A DNA stretch of 64,000 nucleotides from Callorhinchus milii (lineage: Eukaryota), in NCBI RefSeq assembly GCF_018977255.1, contig NW_024704743.1, forward strand, positions 33,358,001 to 33,422,000. Reading direction: 5' to 3'. The position numbers were made by a program, and so were the translations under genes. The notes under the pieces are model-generated. The model had not been told where the DNA came from, made no database searches, and was given only the letters and a program-made list of their open reading frames with translations. Below, piece after piece: positions 25,301 to 38,074 of the stretch. Positions within the stretch are counted from its first letter, which is position 1. Each line of letters begins with the position of its first letter.

Positions 25301-26394
25301 TGTACTGTTGAAATTAACATTTTTAGTATTTTAAACATAACTACATGTTCAGGAAATATATGCCTAAAGTATTAATCCAGTATTGCGTCTCTCAATAGCA
25401 ATAATCAACTCTCCGCAATTTCCCGCAAAACCCAACCAAATTTCTTCGCAATTTTCCGCAAAATTTGCCAAATGCCCTGGAAATATTGGCAAATATTCTA
25501 TTGACCCAGCTCATGGCTCAGGGCCTATGGTAATCAGTGTGGACAGCTCTGCAAATATTAAAGGAGATACTTTGCTGCAGATTACAGTTCCCAACTCTGC
25601 TCCTTCCATGTAGAATGGCTGCTTTATTCATCTAAACTGGGTGCGTAAAATAGACCCTTTGGGACCTGAGGTTGATGGCTGTAAGATGATCCCAAAGTAT
25701 CCAAACTAATAGATTTAAAGAAACAGAGAACAGTAAAGTATAATTGCAACAGTTCCATTGATGATCAGAATGGCAACAAGAAAGGCAGCAGGAATAATTC
25801 AAATTAGTCACAATTCATTTCTAAATAAATTCATACTTTCAACTAACTGGAATTTCATTGTATTGTATTTGTACTGCGAAAAAGTTCCTTAACAAGATTG
25901 CATTTCATGTTGGGATTTCACAGGGTTCATCACTTGTACCAAATTTGTTTGTCAGCTTTCAAAATGTATTTTAATTACATACATACAAAAAAAGGTCATT
26001 CAAAATCATTGAACAAATCTAACAAAAAAACTGGGGGGAAAAATTGATCATTCAGAAAATACAAATGCAAAAAGAACTAGAGGGAGAAGATTAATTAAGT
26101 TTATGTCTGATAGTTATTTCTCACAAATCACTTCACATTCTGAAGGCTGCTAGATAATTCAGTCATCGTGTGGTAAGTATTAACAAACGGTGTCCTTTAT
26201 TATCTGCATCCTTCACTCATCAAGTGTCCTTTCGGGTGCATATTTTGCATTCTTTGCTCATGATGCCCATGAGCAGCCACTATACAAAGATAGAGATCCA
26301 TGCAGTCTTATTCAAACATATGGTCGCTGACTGTCAATGCATTTATTAACATCATAAAGGAGCTCGCAGGACAAACAGCTTTTTTCCATCACTT

Positions 26395-26570
26395 AAAAGG
26401 GGGCAAACATTAACCAGGATTCCTCGTCCTGATCGTTTTTCTGCGGCTTTTGTTGGAAAGCACCTGTATGTGTGGACTTTGGGGGTGAGGACCAGATTGA
26501 TTTATATGGGTATTCATAAAATGATCTGGCTTTCAGCTCATTCCGAATGCATCACTTGGGCTGCAAGCCC
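26395..26570 (+). mobile_element. SINE-like family D fragment
   Basis: aaccaggattcctcgtcctgatcg...gttggaaagc...tgtgtggac...gggtgaggac. Confidence 0.5.
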
Positions 26571-27054
26571 AAGAGGAGTTGAGTATTTTGCCAGATCTGA
26601 GCGATGCAGACTGTGTGTGCCTTCCACTGTCTCCAGTATATGTGCAAAATAATTGGAATAGTCAAAGCCTCTTGCTCAATCAGCAGGAATTCACACTACT
26701 CTGTGTGTGCTGAAATCCAGGGTTACAACACTGTTCACTGAGTAGCCTAATTACAGCACAGCAGGAGGCAAGAAGGCAGACTCTTACTCTGAGTGGGAAA
26801 TTGGCCTGTTGGAAACATTTTAGGATTTGAAGCTTCTCACAGTTCTGGTGTATGGAGGCTTTTGGATCAGTCACTGTCTTATTATCTCTGCAGACCAAAA
26901 GTTAAATCCTTAGCAGATAGATTGAAATGATTTGAATTCACAAGAGAATTATGTTCTGTTTCTCTGCAGATTTGTATTGAAACTTTAGACTGAACTGTTG
27001 CACTTTGCTTCACGTACTGTAATGTACTCAGTATGCATATGCTACTGGGCTGAA

Positions 27055-27412
27055 AGGGTTAAATTGTGAGGTTTGGTTTGTATTCCCTAGAGGGGTTGAG
27101 AGGTGATTCAATGGGGCTGTGTAAAATGATAAAGGGACTCAATGGGCTAAATGTAAAGAAATTATTTCCTCTGGTGGGAGAATCCAGAACAAGGGCGCAT
27201 AATCTCAAAATCAGAGCTGGGACAACTAGGAAGCATTTTTTCACACAAGGGGTTGTGGAAATCTGGAATTCTCTCCCTCAAAGGCTGTGGATGCTGGGCA
27301 ATTGGAATTTTCAAGACTGAGGTGGATAGATATTTGTTGCGTCGGGATATCAAGGGATATGGGTAAAAGGCAAGTAAATGGAGCTGATGTACAGATCAGC
27401 CATGATTTATCT
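27055..27412 (+). mobile_element. CR1 LINE, ORF2 C-terminus and start of 3'UTR
   Basis: GLYSLEGLRGD...KLFPLVGESRTRAHNLKI...RKHFFTQGVVEIWNSLPQ. Confidence 0.92.
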
Positions 27413-28550
27413 AAGCCAATGTTGTCGAACCATAGAGGAACAAGCCACATGTCTCAGTGTGGCTCACAGTCACCTCAGCTTCAGCAGAAAACATGTGTCT
27501 TAGATAATTGCCACTGACAATTTGCTTACAGCTATGTGTGCATCTTTTCAGTATTCAGATCAACACATCTGTGAATCACCATTTTCAGTGATCACTTTCA
27601 TCAAAGGAAAACACTTGACAAACTAACGTCTGGCGGTAGCACTGTGCTGTGTGGTTGCGCAATCGTTTTCACCAAATTTTCAGAAATTGGTTGAGAAAAA
27701 CAACAGTCGAATCTCACACTAATGCTTTTTGCTTTTATACTGCTAATAATTGCTTATGTTTGAGTTTTGCTGCTGTCTATGTGGCATTCTTTGCTAAAAA
27801 CAAAGTATATGACATATGCTTATAAATAAATATTTCGGAGGAAGTTCTGGGACTTAATTCATTTTTCAACTGGCGTGGCTCACATTATTGTTCATGAAAC
27901 ACACATTTGGCTCAGTACAAATCTGGGTTCGAGAACATTGATCTGCTAGAATGGGTTGCTCCTGTTCCTGTGTTCCCATATCCTTATGTTCCCATGTACA
28001 GTACATCTATGAACCTAGTCCCTTTTTCAGCATATTATCACATTGCTAAAGTACCGACCTACTAGTTTAGGTTGTTTTGCTCACCTTCTACCATAGTTTA
28101 AAATGCAGCGAGTTAATGCATCACACAGTTTAGCAACAACAACAATTTACATTTGTAGAGTGCAGGAGGTGGGGGAAGCTGAGGAAGGTGGTTGGGAATG
28201 GGGTGGGTGGAGGGGTGGGGGGGGGTGTGGGTTGGGAAAGGTGACCAAATCCGTGGTCGAAAAGTAATACAGATGAGGAAAGACCCATGGAAAATTTCTA
28301 TATTATCTGTGGAGGAAGGAAAGACAATGAAAAGGACAGGAAGAAAATGAAACACACGGACTCACCTTCCCCTTCATGCTATTTAATTCTGCCCTATTTC
28401 AGTAAGTGTGACAGGGCAGGGGTACAGAACAAATCCAGCAAAACATTAGCTATACATAACCTAAAACACAATGGTGTCTTGAGTCGTGCGTTACTGAGCC
28501 ACAGAATCGCTTGATAGACCACTCAATGTTCACTCTGGTGAAGCTCACTT

Positions 28551-28798
28551 GGGGCCCCAAATTCCACCTGATCTTAGTACGCAAGACAATTTTATGTTAA
28601 AATGTAATATTGTGCAGAATTGTGAAAAACAATTAAATTCAGTCTCAAATTCAGAAGTCTGTTTCTGTTTTTTTAAGACCCAGAAACAGCAGCTTTCAAA
28701 TTAAGGCTGAATTTGCGAATTTGCCACAACCCCTTGCGATTTAAAATTTTAAGACCAACTGGGCTTGCAGGCTCAGACAAGATGAAATTTCAGGCGCC
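28551..28798. mobile_element. Palindromic MITE-like element (type 2)
   Basis: Ends ggggccccaaatt / aatttcaggcgcc; inner arms shared with type 1. Confidence 0.7.
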
Positions 28799-29649
28799 TG
28801 AAAGCCCTAACTCTGTCACAATAACATTTCACAACCCCGACCACCTTATATCCTGCTGACAGAATATTCCAACACAGTGAATAGCCTGAGATCAGAATTC
28901 GACGCTGCTCTTTAATGTCTGCACAACCATTTATCATAATTGGGAGGTGGGGAGGGTATAGTGTGCACTAATGGCATTATGTATTTACCAATGTGGCACA
29001 AACAGCAGCCCTGGCACCAGAGTACATTTTTATTTCTATTCCCTTCATGGGCACTTTGTGGCTCATTGCCAGCTTGACTGTTTGTGTGCACTGGAGAGGA
29101 ATGGGCAACAACAGTGCTGGGAGCTCTGAGGCTATTCTGCCCCCACAAAGAAGCTACTTTTAAAACAGAAAGCAGTGTGAAGTGGGGAACGAGAGTGCCT
29201 CTAATGAGATTTTGTAGCACAAGACCTTTACTACACTACTGCTGAAGTGGTTTATCAGCTCTGCTGGGTCAAAGCTATGCAATGCTGGTTTGTGAATGAA
29301 ATTATGTGCCAACAGTTCACATGGAGCAGGATTTAATTTTACTTTGACTGCTCCCTCCCAGGTGATGGTCCAATGAGCCCTACAACAGTGCCATACAAAT
29401 AGAGATCAAATGGACTCTGCAGCTAAAACCATTCATTGTATCATTTTTTGCATTTTTTTTAAACTTATCATAGCCACATCAAATTCCGTCCCTTAAATTT
29501 ACTTTAAAAAAAACAATTGGTATGTTGTAGTTATTGTATTTTGTGCTGCAACCACTTTTTGGAAGCACAACATTATATATAAGTGGGTCTTGCAAAGGCT
29601 GTGAAGATAGTGGAAATATCAAGTTATATTCTGCCAGTGTTTGAAGATG

Positions 29650-29945
29650 GTGGAGTCCAGTAGCTCAGTGGTTAGAGCAGACCTGAGTTCAATTCCAGGC
29701 AGGGCGAAACCTTGGGCAAGTTTCCTTACTCACACAGCCTAATAATAATCCCTCCAAAACCAAAAACAATAATAAAATTGGTCATTTTCAATCTACGACT
29801 GTTTGTGGGAAATTGCTGTGCGCAATTGGCTGCCGCGTTCGCCCACAATATACAGTCAATTCACTTTACAGTGTGTTCTGTGAAGCGCTTTGGGACGTCC
29901 TCCCGACGTGAAAAGCGCCATATCAAATGCAAGGATTATTATTAT
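29650..29945 (+). mobile_element. SINE family A with an anticodon-arm deletion
   Basis: Matches the next copy except for loss of about 18 nt (ctcgctttgcaagcggga) in the head and a few small differences. Confidence 0.92.
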
Positions 29946-29982
29946 AGGATTATTATTATGGTATAACTCTGCCTCACCAGCA

Positions 29983-30306
29983 GTGGAGTCCTGTAGCTCA
30001 GTGGTTAGAGCACTCGCTTTGCAAGCGGGAGACCTGAGTTCAATTCCAGGCAGAGGGCGAAACCTTGGGCAAGTTTCCTTACTCCACACAGAGCCTAATA
30101 ATAATCCCTCCAAAACCAAAACAATAATAAATTGGTCATTTTCAATCTACGACTGTTTGTGGGACATTGCTGTGCGCAATTGGCTGCCGCGTTCGCCCAC
30201 AAATATACAGTCAATTCACTTTACAGTGTGTTCTGTGAAGCGCTTTGGGACGTCCTCCCGACGTGAAAAGCGCTATATCAAATGCAAGGATTATTATTAT
30301 ATTATT
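29983..30306 (+). mobile_element. SINE family A, full length (tRNA-Ala-derived head)
   Basis: A box TAGCTCAGTGG, anticodon arm ctcgc-tttgcaa-gcggg (TGC), B box GAGTTCAATTCC, Deu-like segment, L2-type stem-loop and (att)n. Confidence 0.95.
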
Positions 30307-30499
30307 AATATCAAATCTGGCAGAGCAAGTCTGGGTTCAACGTGCAATAATAGACAGCAGATCTAATTGTATACTGTTGGTATCAGAGATAGTGGACACA
30401 GATTCCATGACATGGCCTTCTAAGTTGTTTATAGAATAATAATAAGAAGAATCCTTACATTTGATATAGCACCTTTCATGTTGGATAAATGTTAAAGAT

Positions 30500-30852
30500 T
30501 GTGGACTCCTGCAAGCTCTTGAGAGGAACTGGGTTCGATTCTCTGGTAGGGCGAAACTTTAGGCAAGTTTCCTTACTCCACACACCTTTGTTTACCTAGC
30601 AGTAAGTAGGAACGCGATTGTTAGTCGATTGGCGGATCGCTTTTCTGGGGATAATAATCCCTTCAAAAAATTAATAAAAATAATAATTTGGTCGCTCAAT
30701 CCATGACTGTTTGTGGGTGGGACACTGTGATGTGCAATTGGCTACGTTTGCCCACAAAATATATATTCAATTCATTTTACAGTATATTCTGTGAAGTGCT
30801 TTGAAATGTCTCTAAGACTTGATAAGGCTCTATATCAAATGCAATGATTATT
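30500..30852 (+). mobile_element. SINE family B
   Basis: ggttcgattc...ggcaagtttccttactccacac...gtttacctagcagtaagtagg...ggggataataatccc, then tail. Confidence 0.88.
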
Positions 30853-30854
30853 AG

Positions 30855-30950
30855 TGTAATATAGCGCTTTTCACGTCTTCAAGACGTCTCAAAACGCTTC
30901 ACAGAATATACCATAAAGTGAATTGACTGTATATTTGTGGGTGAATCGCA
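30855..30950 (-). mobile_element. SINE A/B tail, inverted
   Basis: atatagcgcttttcacgtcttcaagacgtctcaaaacgcttcacag. Confidence 0.85.
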
Positions 30951-31796
30951 CAAATATCCATGGGATCTTATTATTAAGAACCCATGGCATTATTCAAAAA
31001 GAAAAGGGAGTTTCTCCCGATGTCCTGCCCAACAAACCTCAGATAAAATTGATCATTCACTTCATGACTGTTTGTGCGACGTTGTTGTACACAAATTGGC
31101 TGCCGTGTTCACCTATAAACAGCGATGGTGGATAAGGTCACTGGCTGTGCTGCAGCCTTTCATCAATTGATTGGCAGCAATTGTGAAAGTAGCTGCAATA
31201 TAAGTATCTAATAAAACGCAGCTCACCACAGGTGACAGGATCATGATTGCATGAGTCTTCCTCTGTTAATATCAAAGATGCCACCAGCAAAGATGGTAGA
31301 ATGAGTTCTATGCAGCTAGTCTCACAATTGGCAAAATGCCAAACTCATTTCAACGCAGGGATTACACAGGCTAGTTATAGTGGATTGCTCATTTTGAAAC
31401 TAAAAGCCTCTCACAGATCATAGGGCACAGTAAGATCCGTTCATGATTTCCCTAAATAGCTCAAACTCAATAAGTTCATTTTTCTGCTAATTGTATAATT
31501 GATTTCCCACAACTTTATACATTCATCTCAGGTGTATAGTTTAATATATATGTAAAGTGTTCTACACAATGGGGCAGGTCCAAACTCCTTAAATAGCTTT
31601 GAAATACCATTTTCATTTGTTGAATTCCAGCAGGTAAATGAACAATTAATTAGGTTTTGCAATACTGAGAATAGGGACTTATCACGGGCAAAATAATTAC
31701 AGAGTTACAAGTGTAGTAGTGAAAGGGATGAAATTTTGTTCTATAATGAACTACCATAAATAAGCATAAAAGGGTACACACTGCACACACACTCTA

Positions 31797-32030
31797 ACAG
31801 CAACTTGAACTTAATGTATTTCACAGAAGATGAATGTCTCAAAGCTCTATACAAAGGTGAGAGGGAGCACTAAGCAGGAGGGGAAGAAAGGGAATTTGAG
31901 GGCATTGACCAAAGATCCCGAAGAGGAAAGTTTTTGAGAGAGGCTTGAAGCTGGAAGAGAAGGTGTAAGGCAGTGGGATTTTGGGAGAGAGTTCCAGAGA
32001 ATGGGCACATCATGTTGCTCAAGGCTCACC
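31797..32030 (-). mobile_element. L2 3' end, degraded
   Basis: PILWNSLPKSHCLTPSL motif and L2-type tail. Confidence 0.65.
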
Positions 32031-32199
32031 ACTGAAACTTGACAAGAAGGAGTGAGTAGTAATATTAACAAGGCAAACGCAGGCACCAATTTGACTACAA
32101 AATCTCCCATAAACAGCTATGAAGTGAATGATCCCGGCACATGTAGGTGGAAGAGCAGTGGCCTCACAGCACAGAGAGCACCAGATAAAATTCATGCCT

Positions 32200-32570
32200 G
32201 ATTTACTGTACTGTTTACAGGATTTCTGTAAGGTGAAGTCACTGTGTATTTTGTGGGCAAACACATCAGGCAATTTGCACAACAGCAATGTTCCACAAAC
32301 ATCCACCAAGTGAATGACCAGTTCTTTTTTATCTGAGGAATTGTTGGCCAGGACCCTGGGAGAAACTCCCTTCTCTTTCAGAGTTTTGCCATGGGATCTT
32401 TAACGTCCACCTGCACAGGCAGAGTCCTCAGATTATTATCTCATCCAAAGGACAGCACCTTCAGCAATGCAGGGCTCTCCAGGCACTGCATTGGAATGTC
32501 AGCCTAAACATGGGCTCAAAGTCCCACCATGGGGCTTGAACCCACAGCCTTCTGACTAGAAGAGCAGAGT
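32200..32570 (-). mobile_element. Deu-domain SINE (family C)
   Basis: gccatgggatctttaacgtccacctg...atggggcttgaacccacagccttctgact. Confidence 0.82.
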
Positions 32571-33139
32571 TTGCAGGTAGAAAATAGTCTCACGGGAGAT
32601 TGCACAAGTAGAGAGGGATAATATCATAAGAGAATTTGAAGGTCAGGGTAAGCATCTTGAAGTTAATCATTGCCAGGTAATGAGGGGTGGAATCATCCTA
32701 TCTGTAGATGATCTGTAGATACTGTGCATTTCAAGAGTCTAGCAGTAGCCTTATTTTTAGCAAAATGAAAGAAAACTTGTACATTCTAAAATGAATCAAG
32801 CATGCCAATAATGCATTGTCTCACAATGACCAAATGATCAATTAGGACTGCTATTAAGCAGAGAACCTGAGTAAAACATGATCTAACCATCAATTGTGTG
32901 CAATTTCAATGTGCTACAGGATGTATTTGAAGTCAGCTTTGATGCTTGCCCTCTGCAAAATAAAGGCTTAGTTGTAAATCTGCCAAAGATCCTGCTGTGC
33001 AGGACATTTATTGTGATTTATAGCACTATTGTGATTCATTATCGTTAAACACGATGCAGTCATAGGGATGTTTTAGGATTATTAAGCAACACATCATTTT
33101 TATAAACTAGCTATAATAATAATTAAATAATTTAAGGCC

Positions 33140-33275
33140 CCTGGTATTAGAGGTCAAGTGGGCGACATGTATATGGGATTGGCTGAAGGACAGAAAGCAG
33201 TGAGTGGGAGTAAATCGAGGTTCCTTGAATTGGCGAGAAATAGTTAATGATGTGTCCCAGGGGTCTTGCCTAGAC
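33140..33275 (+). mobile_element. CR1 RT fragment
   Basis: Degraded GIRGQV...WLKDRKQ*VGVN...W...VSQGS motif. Confidence 0.7.
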
Positions 33276-33744
33276 TAGGGTGTGAATGAAATCTCTGTCA
33301 TATCAAACAAGTGACATTACAAATCCCAGCTGGAGGATTGACGTAATGCACAGTGTGGTAGCCAGTGAGCTGGTTGCTGGAGGCCAATAATATATTTAGG
33401 AATCCCCAATGATAAGCAACACTGCAACCCTCTGAGCACAAGCCAAACTGGTGTTGTGGGTTTTACACCACCATTAATTGTCAGGATGCCTTCTGAAGCA
33501 TTGGGGACCCGGGAACCTAGCAATGTGAGACAGTAACACTAACGTTCACATGGAGAAACATCGTATATTTGACAGATGATATGAGTTTCAACATAAAGCT
33601 TCAGAAAATAGAACAAAATGCCACATGCCACAGAAACTAAAGGATTTGTGTGAAACTATTGGGGTGAAAGATCTGACAAGATCTAATAAACTGATGGAAC
33701 AGGCTCAATGGGTTGAATGGCCTCACCCTTTGCCTGGTTGCCCT

Positions 33745-34741
33745 CTTTCCCTCTTGGGGATGTCATCCGAAGACATGGGGTACACTTCCACACGTATGCA
33801 GACAACACCCAACTCTATTTTTCCACCTCTCTTTGCTACCCCCAGTCCCCTGATGTTCTGTCAGCCTGCCTGTCAGACCTCAGAGGCTGGATGAGTGCAA
33901 ACTTCCTTCAGCTGAACGTTGACAAGACGGAAGCCATACTCGTTGGCTCTCGTCAACGTCTAAAATCTCATGGCTCTCACCTCCTCCACCTACCCGACCT
34001 CCCCCTAAAACTCTCCGAACCCATACGCAACCTAGGCGTCAGGTTCGACCCCCAATTATCCTTCCTCCCCCACATCCGGTCCCTTACCAGTACCACTTTC
34101 TTCCACTCCGACGCATCGCCCGTCTACGCCAATACCTCACTCCAAAAGCCGCTGAAACCCTGGTCCATGCCTTTGTCACGTCTCAGCTGGACTACTACAA
34201 CACCCTCCTCGCCAGTCTCCCATCCACTACCATCCATAAAATCCAAATCATTCAAAATTTTATTGCCCGCATTCTCACCCACACCAAACTCCGCTCCCCG
34301 ATTACCCCAGTCTTCGCTAGACTGCACTGGCTGCCTATCCCAGGGAGAATCAATTTCAAGATCATCACCCTTGTATTCAAGTCCCTGCACTCCTCTGCAT
34401 CCCCTACCTCTCTGACCTCCTCTCTCCTCAAAACGGTACCAGTTGTCTTCGTTCCTCCGGGTCTGGCCTCCTCCTTGTCCCCCGAGTCCTCCTGTCCACC
34501 CTCGGCGGCCATGCCTTCAGCCACTATGTCCCGAGGCTCTGGAACTCCCTTCCTCACTCCCTTCGCTTCGCTCCCTCCCTTCCTATTTTCAGGTCTCTGC
34601 TGAAGACCTTTCTTTTCGACCGCGCCTTTGGTCACCTTCCTCCCCCTCCCCCTGGCTCCATTCCGCGATCCGTTTGCTGTGAAGCGCTCTGAGATGCCGT
34701 CCGGCATGGAGGGCGCTATATAAATCCAAGTTGTTGTGTTG
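33745..34741 (+). mobile_element. L2 LINE, 5'-truncated ORF2 3' part
   Basis: PLGDVIRRHGVHFHTYADNTQLY, WMSANFLQLNVDKTEAIL and IRNLGVRFDPQLSF; tail ctgtgaagcgctctgag...gcgctatataaatccaagttgttg. Confidence 0.95.
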
Positions 34742-34889
34742 CTTTTCTATGGTCCTAATTATCATAATACAAACTATTTGGCCACAAGCCTCCCCCCAAC
34801 CTTGTCAAATTGGTTGGATCCAAAACCATTTGACTTGTTGGTCACAGAGTGTTTGAGTGCCGGTAATATAATAATAAGATTACAATAAT

Positions 34890-35251
34890 ACAATAATAAT
34901 CCTTGCATTTGATATAGCACCTTATCACATCTTCAAGACGTCTCAAAGCGCTTCACAGAATATATTGTAAAGTGAATTGACTGTATATTTTGTGGGCGAA
35001 ATGCCGCAGCCAATTGCACACAACAGTGTCCCACAAGCAGTTATGGATTGAGTGACCACATTTTTTTAAGGGGTTAATACCCCTGGAAAAGCAATCCGTC
35101 AATCGACTAATAACCGGGTTCCTACTTACAGTTGGGTAAACAGAGGCATGTGGAGTAAGGAAACTTGCCTAACATTTCACCCTGTCCGGGAATCAAACCA
35201 GGTCCTCTCGCTTGCAAGACAAGTGCTCTTACTAATATACAACAGGACTCC
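34890..35251 (-). mobile_element. SINE family B
   Basis: Full modular structure on the minus strand. Confidence 0.9.
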
Positions 35252-35424
35252 TAGTTCCTAGGATATCTGCTTGTCTGGTTAATTTTTTATTTAGTTAAGC
35301 TAGTATCTTGGGAACTCCAGGGCCAGCAAGTTGAATGGGAGCTGTAATGGTCTTCAAGTGTAACTAATTTGACGATGTTGGTGGGAGAAGGGGTGAAAGG
35401 GGTCATAGGTGTAGCCAGACACCA

Positions 35425-35785
35425 ACCGTAGTGTAGTGGTTAACGCGCTCACCTCACAAGCGAGAGGACCGGGGTTTGATTCCCGGGCAGGGCAAAACCT
35501 TAGGCAAGTTTCTTTACTCCACAAGCCTCTGCTTACCTAGCAATAAGTAGGAACCCCAATTCTTAGACAATTGGTGGATGGCTTTCCAGGTGTAATAATC
35601 CCACCAAAAAAAGAAATTTGGTCACTCAATCCACGATGATTTATGGGACACTGCTTTCTGCAATTGGCTGCCATGTCTGCAATTGACTGCCATGCCAGTC
35701 AATTCACTTTACAATATATTCTGTGAAGCGCTTTGAAATGTCTCAACAACGTGATAAGGCGCTATATCAAATGCAAGTTTTATTA
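35425..35785 (+). mobile_element. SINE family B
   Basis: Head gtagtgtagtggttaacgcgctcacctcacaagcgagaggaccggggtttgattccc, CORE-like segment and tail. Confidence 0.88.
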
Positions 35786-38074
35786 TCAAATAACCAGGAA
35801 GGTTATCACAATGCAGATATCCCCCCAGTGGTTTCACACAAGCCAGTAGATTGGTTGGCATGTGACATTTTGTAGAATTTTCCAAAGCACTATGTTCACA
35901 CTGAGTCAAACATACTATGCTCTTCCACAAGAAAATTAATTCTACTGTTTTACAGCCTTGCTCACCCAGGAGTCCAATGTTTCAAAGATCTCCTCAAAAT
36001 GTCAGATATCCACCACATCACATTCCAGATGTGTGGTGAAGGAGATGAAGTGCATTTTCCAAGTTCTGTTTACTGTATTACATCATTTGCTCGCCTGGCA
36101 GGTGCACTACAGTCTTATTACACTCAGGCCATTTGTGCTTTGCAAAACAGGACAGCTGCCAGCAGCTTTCAGAAGTTAATACATATCATCCATCCAGGTA
36201 TCTGGCAATCCCATTCACCTCCCCAGGATTGCCGTCAGCTATTGTTTGACCTTCTGTGTGAAACTCAATGACAACCCAACCATGAAACTCGTAGAGACAT
36301 CAAGTGGGAGTGCTTCACCACATGTAGATCTGTTTGTTGATGTGACTGTTAGAATTGTTACGTAGGTGCAGAGCGGCTGTCAAGCTAAATGCTTTTCACC
36401 CTTAATACTGCTTTCTCTTTGATGGAAACTTTGCCTGTTGTATATACATTGCATTGGCATTTCCTGCACTTCCCATCACCACGCAAGAAGTTATGTATCA
36501 TATATATATAACATATGCAATATATATTGTATATATAATATATAATGCATGTGATACATATACATACATATGTGGAGAGGGGGATAACTTTGGGGATGTG
36601 TACTTTTTCATAGACACACTTAATTCAAACAGACCTAGTTACATAGATCCTCTCTTACACACAGGTTCACGCTCAAACATTCCCCAACGTGTATGCACAC
36701 TGGGACACACGTACACATACTCTCGCTCATGTTGATGTACGCCCACATATTAATATACATTAATTCATTTGTGCTAACACTAATTTTAACACTATTGAAA
36801 TTTAACCACAGAAAGCATTACAAGTATTACAGTGTGATAGAAGCCGTCACTCTCTTTGGTTATGATATCACATAATTCCCCACCACCACCATGCAGTATT
36901 CTGTGTATACTATTATAATAATGTTAGCCTACAAAATACAGTCACTACACTTTATGGTAAAATTCTGCGACATGCTTTGAGACATCTCCCAACATTGAAA
37001 GACGCTATAACAAAAGCAAGGAATATTACTATTTATTATTATAATAACATACGTGCTCATGCCACTTTGTACCTGCAGATCTCATCGTTCTCTCTAAGGA
37101 CTTAATAATAAATAATCCTTGCATTTGATATAGCGTCTCATCATGTCTTCGAAATGTCTGAAAGAATATACTGTAAAGTGAATTGACTGTATATTCTGCT
37201 GTCAACCTGACACCAGTGAGACTGGACGTTTTCCTATCCTGCTGATAATCTTATTGCTCACTGTTTTAGCAACACCTTAACAACCCCCACCCCCCCACCC
37301 CGCCCCACCCACCTCACATGCTATTCATATGTGTACAACAACAATAAAAACTTGTATTTATATAATGCCCTTCATGCAGGATAGTACCTCACAGAGCCAT
37401 ACTTTTGAAGTTTGATGTGTAATCAATCATCTGCATATTAGATTACTCAATCTTGAAATTTCTCATGGTTTTAGCCTTGAAGCAAATGCGGCACCCAATT
37501 TGCACACTGCAATTTCCCATAAACAGCCATGAAGTGAATGACCAAATTATTTGGGTAGTAGTGGTATTAAGATATTAGTAGAGGTATGAAGTGTCAGCCT
37601 GGCTCAGTTGGTAGTATTCTCATCTCTCTCTCACTTCTGAGTCAAAAGGTTGTGGGTTCAAGCCCCATGTCAGAACTTTGAACTTATTCTAGGCATATTA
37701 AATGGGTTTCCAGATTCTCTGAGAGCTCCATCCATGAGATAACATTCATAAGTGCTGACGTTCTCTGAACATTTTCATAGCCATAAATGGCAATGCAAAA
37801 TAAGCACTTTCAACCCTAACAGCTGTTCCTAAAGCACCCACCTAGTGTGGACGATTTTGCTGGACAGAACCACATTACTGTGGCAACCCTCAATCCCGAC
37901 AAGCACTGCAAACAATCACTGGAGGTCAATGGCGCCACAGGTCCCAATGCACCAATCGCATCTCCCCACCAGCAAGCCTCATGTTATTTATACACTGTTG
38001 CCTGCAGTTTTCTAACATTTCAAAACATTTTTGCACGATGTTTTATGTTTGTACTGTAGTTATATATTCATGGT

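Noticed and set aside
29983..30060. tRNA-Ala gene
   Set aside because: It lacks an acceptor stem and runs directly into the SINE body, so it is a SINE head.
29890..30366. 158-aa ORF and similar ORFs containing WDIAVRNWLPR or KCKDYYY
   Set aside because: Incidental translations of SINE copies; the same peptide recurs wherever the SINE occurs.
35956..36271. About 104-codon open frame after an acceptor-like site
   Set aside because: No recognisable domain; this length is expected by chance in 64 kb.
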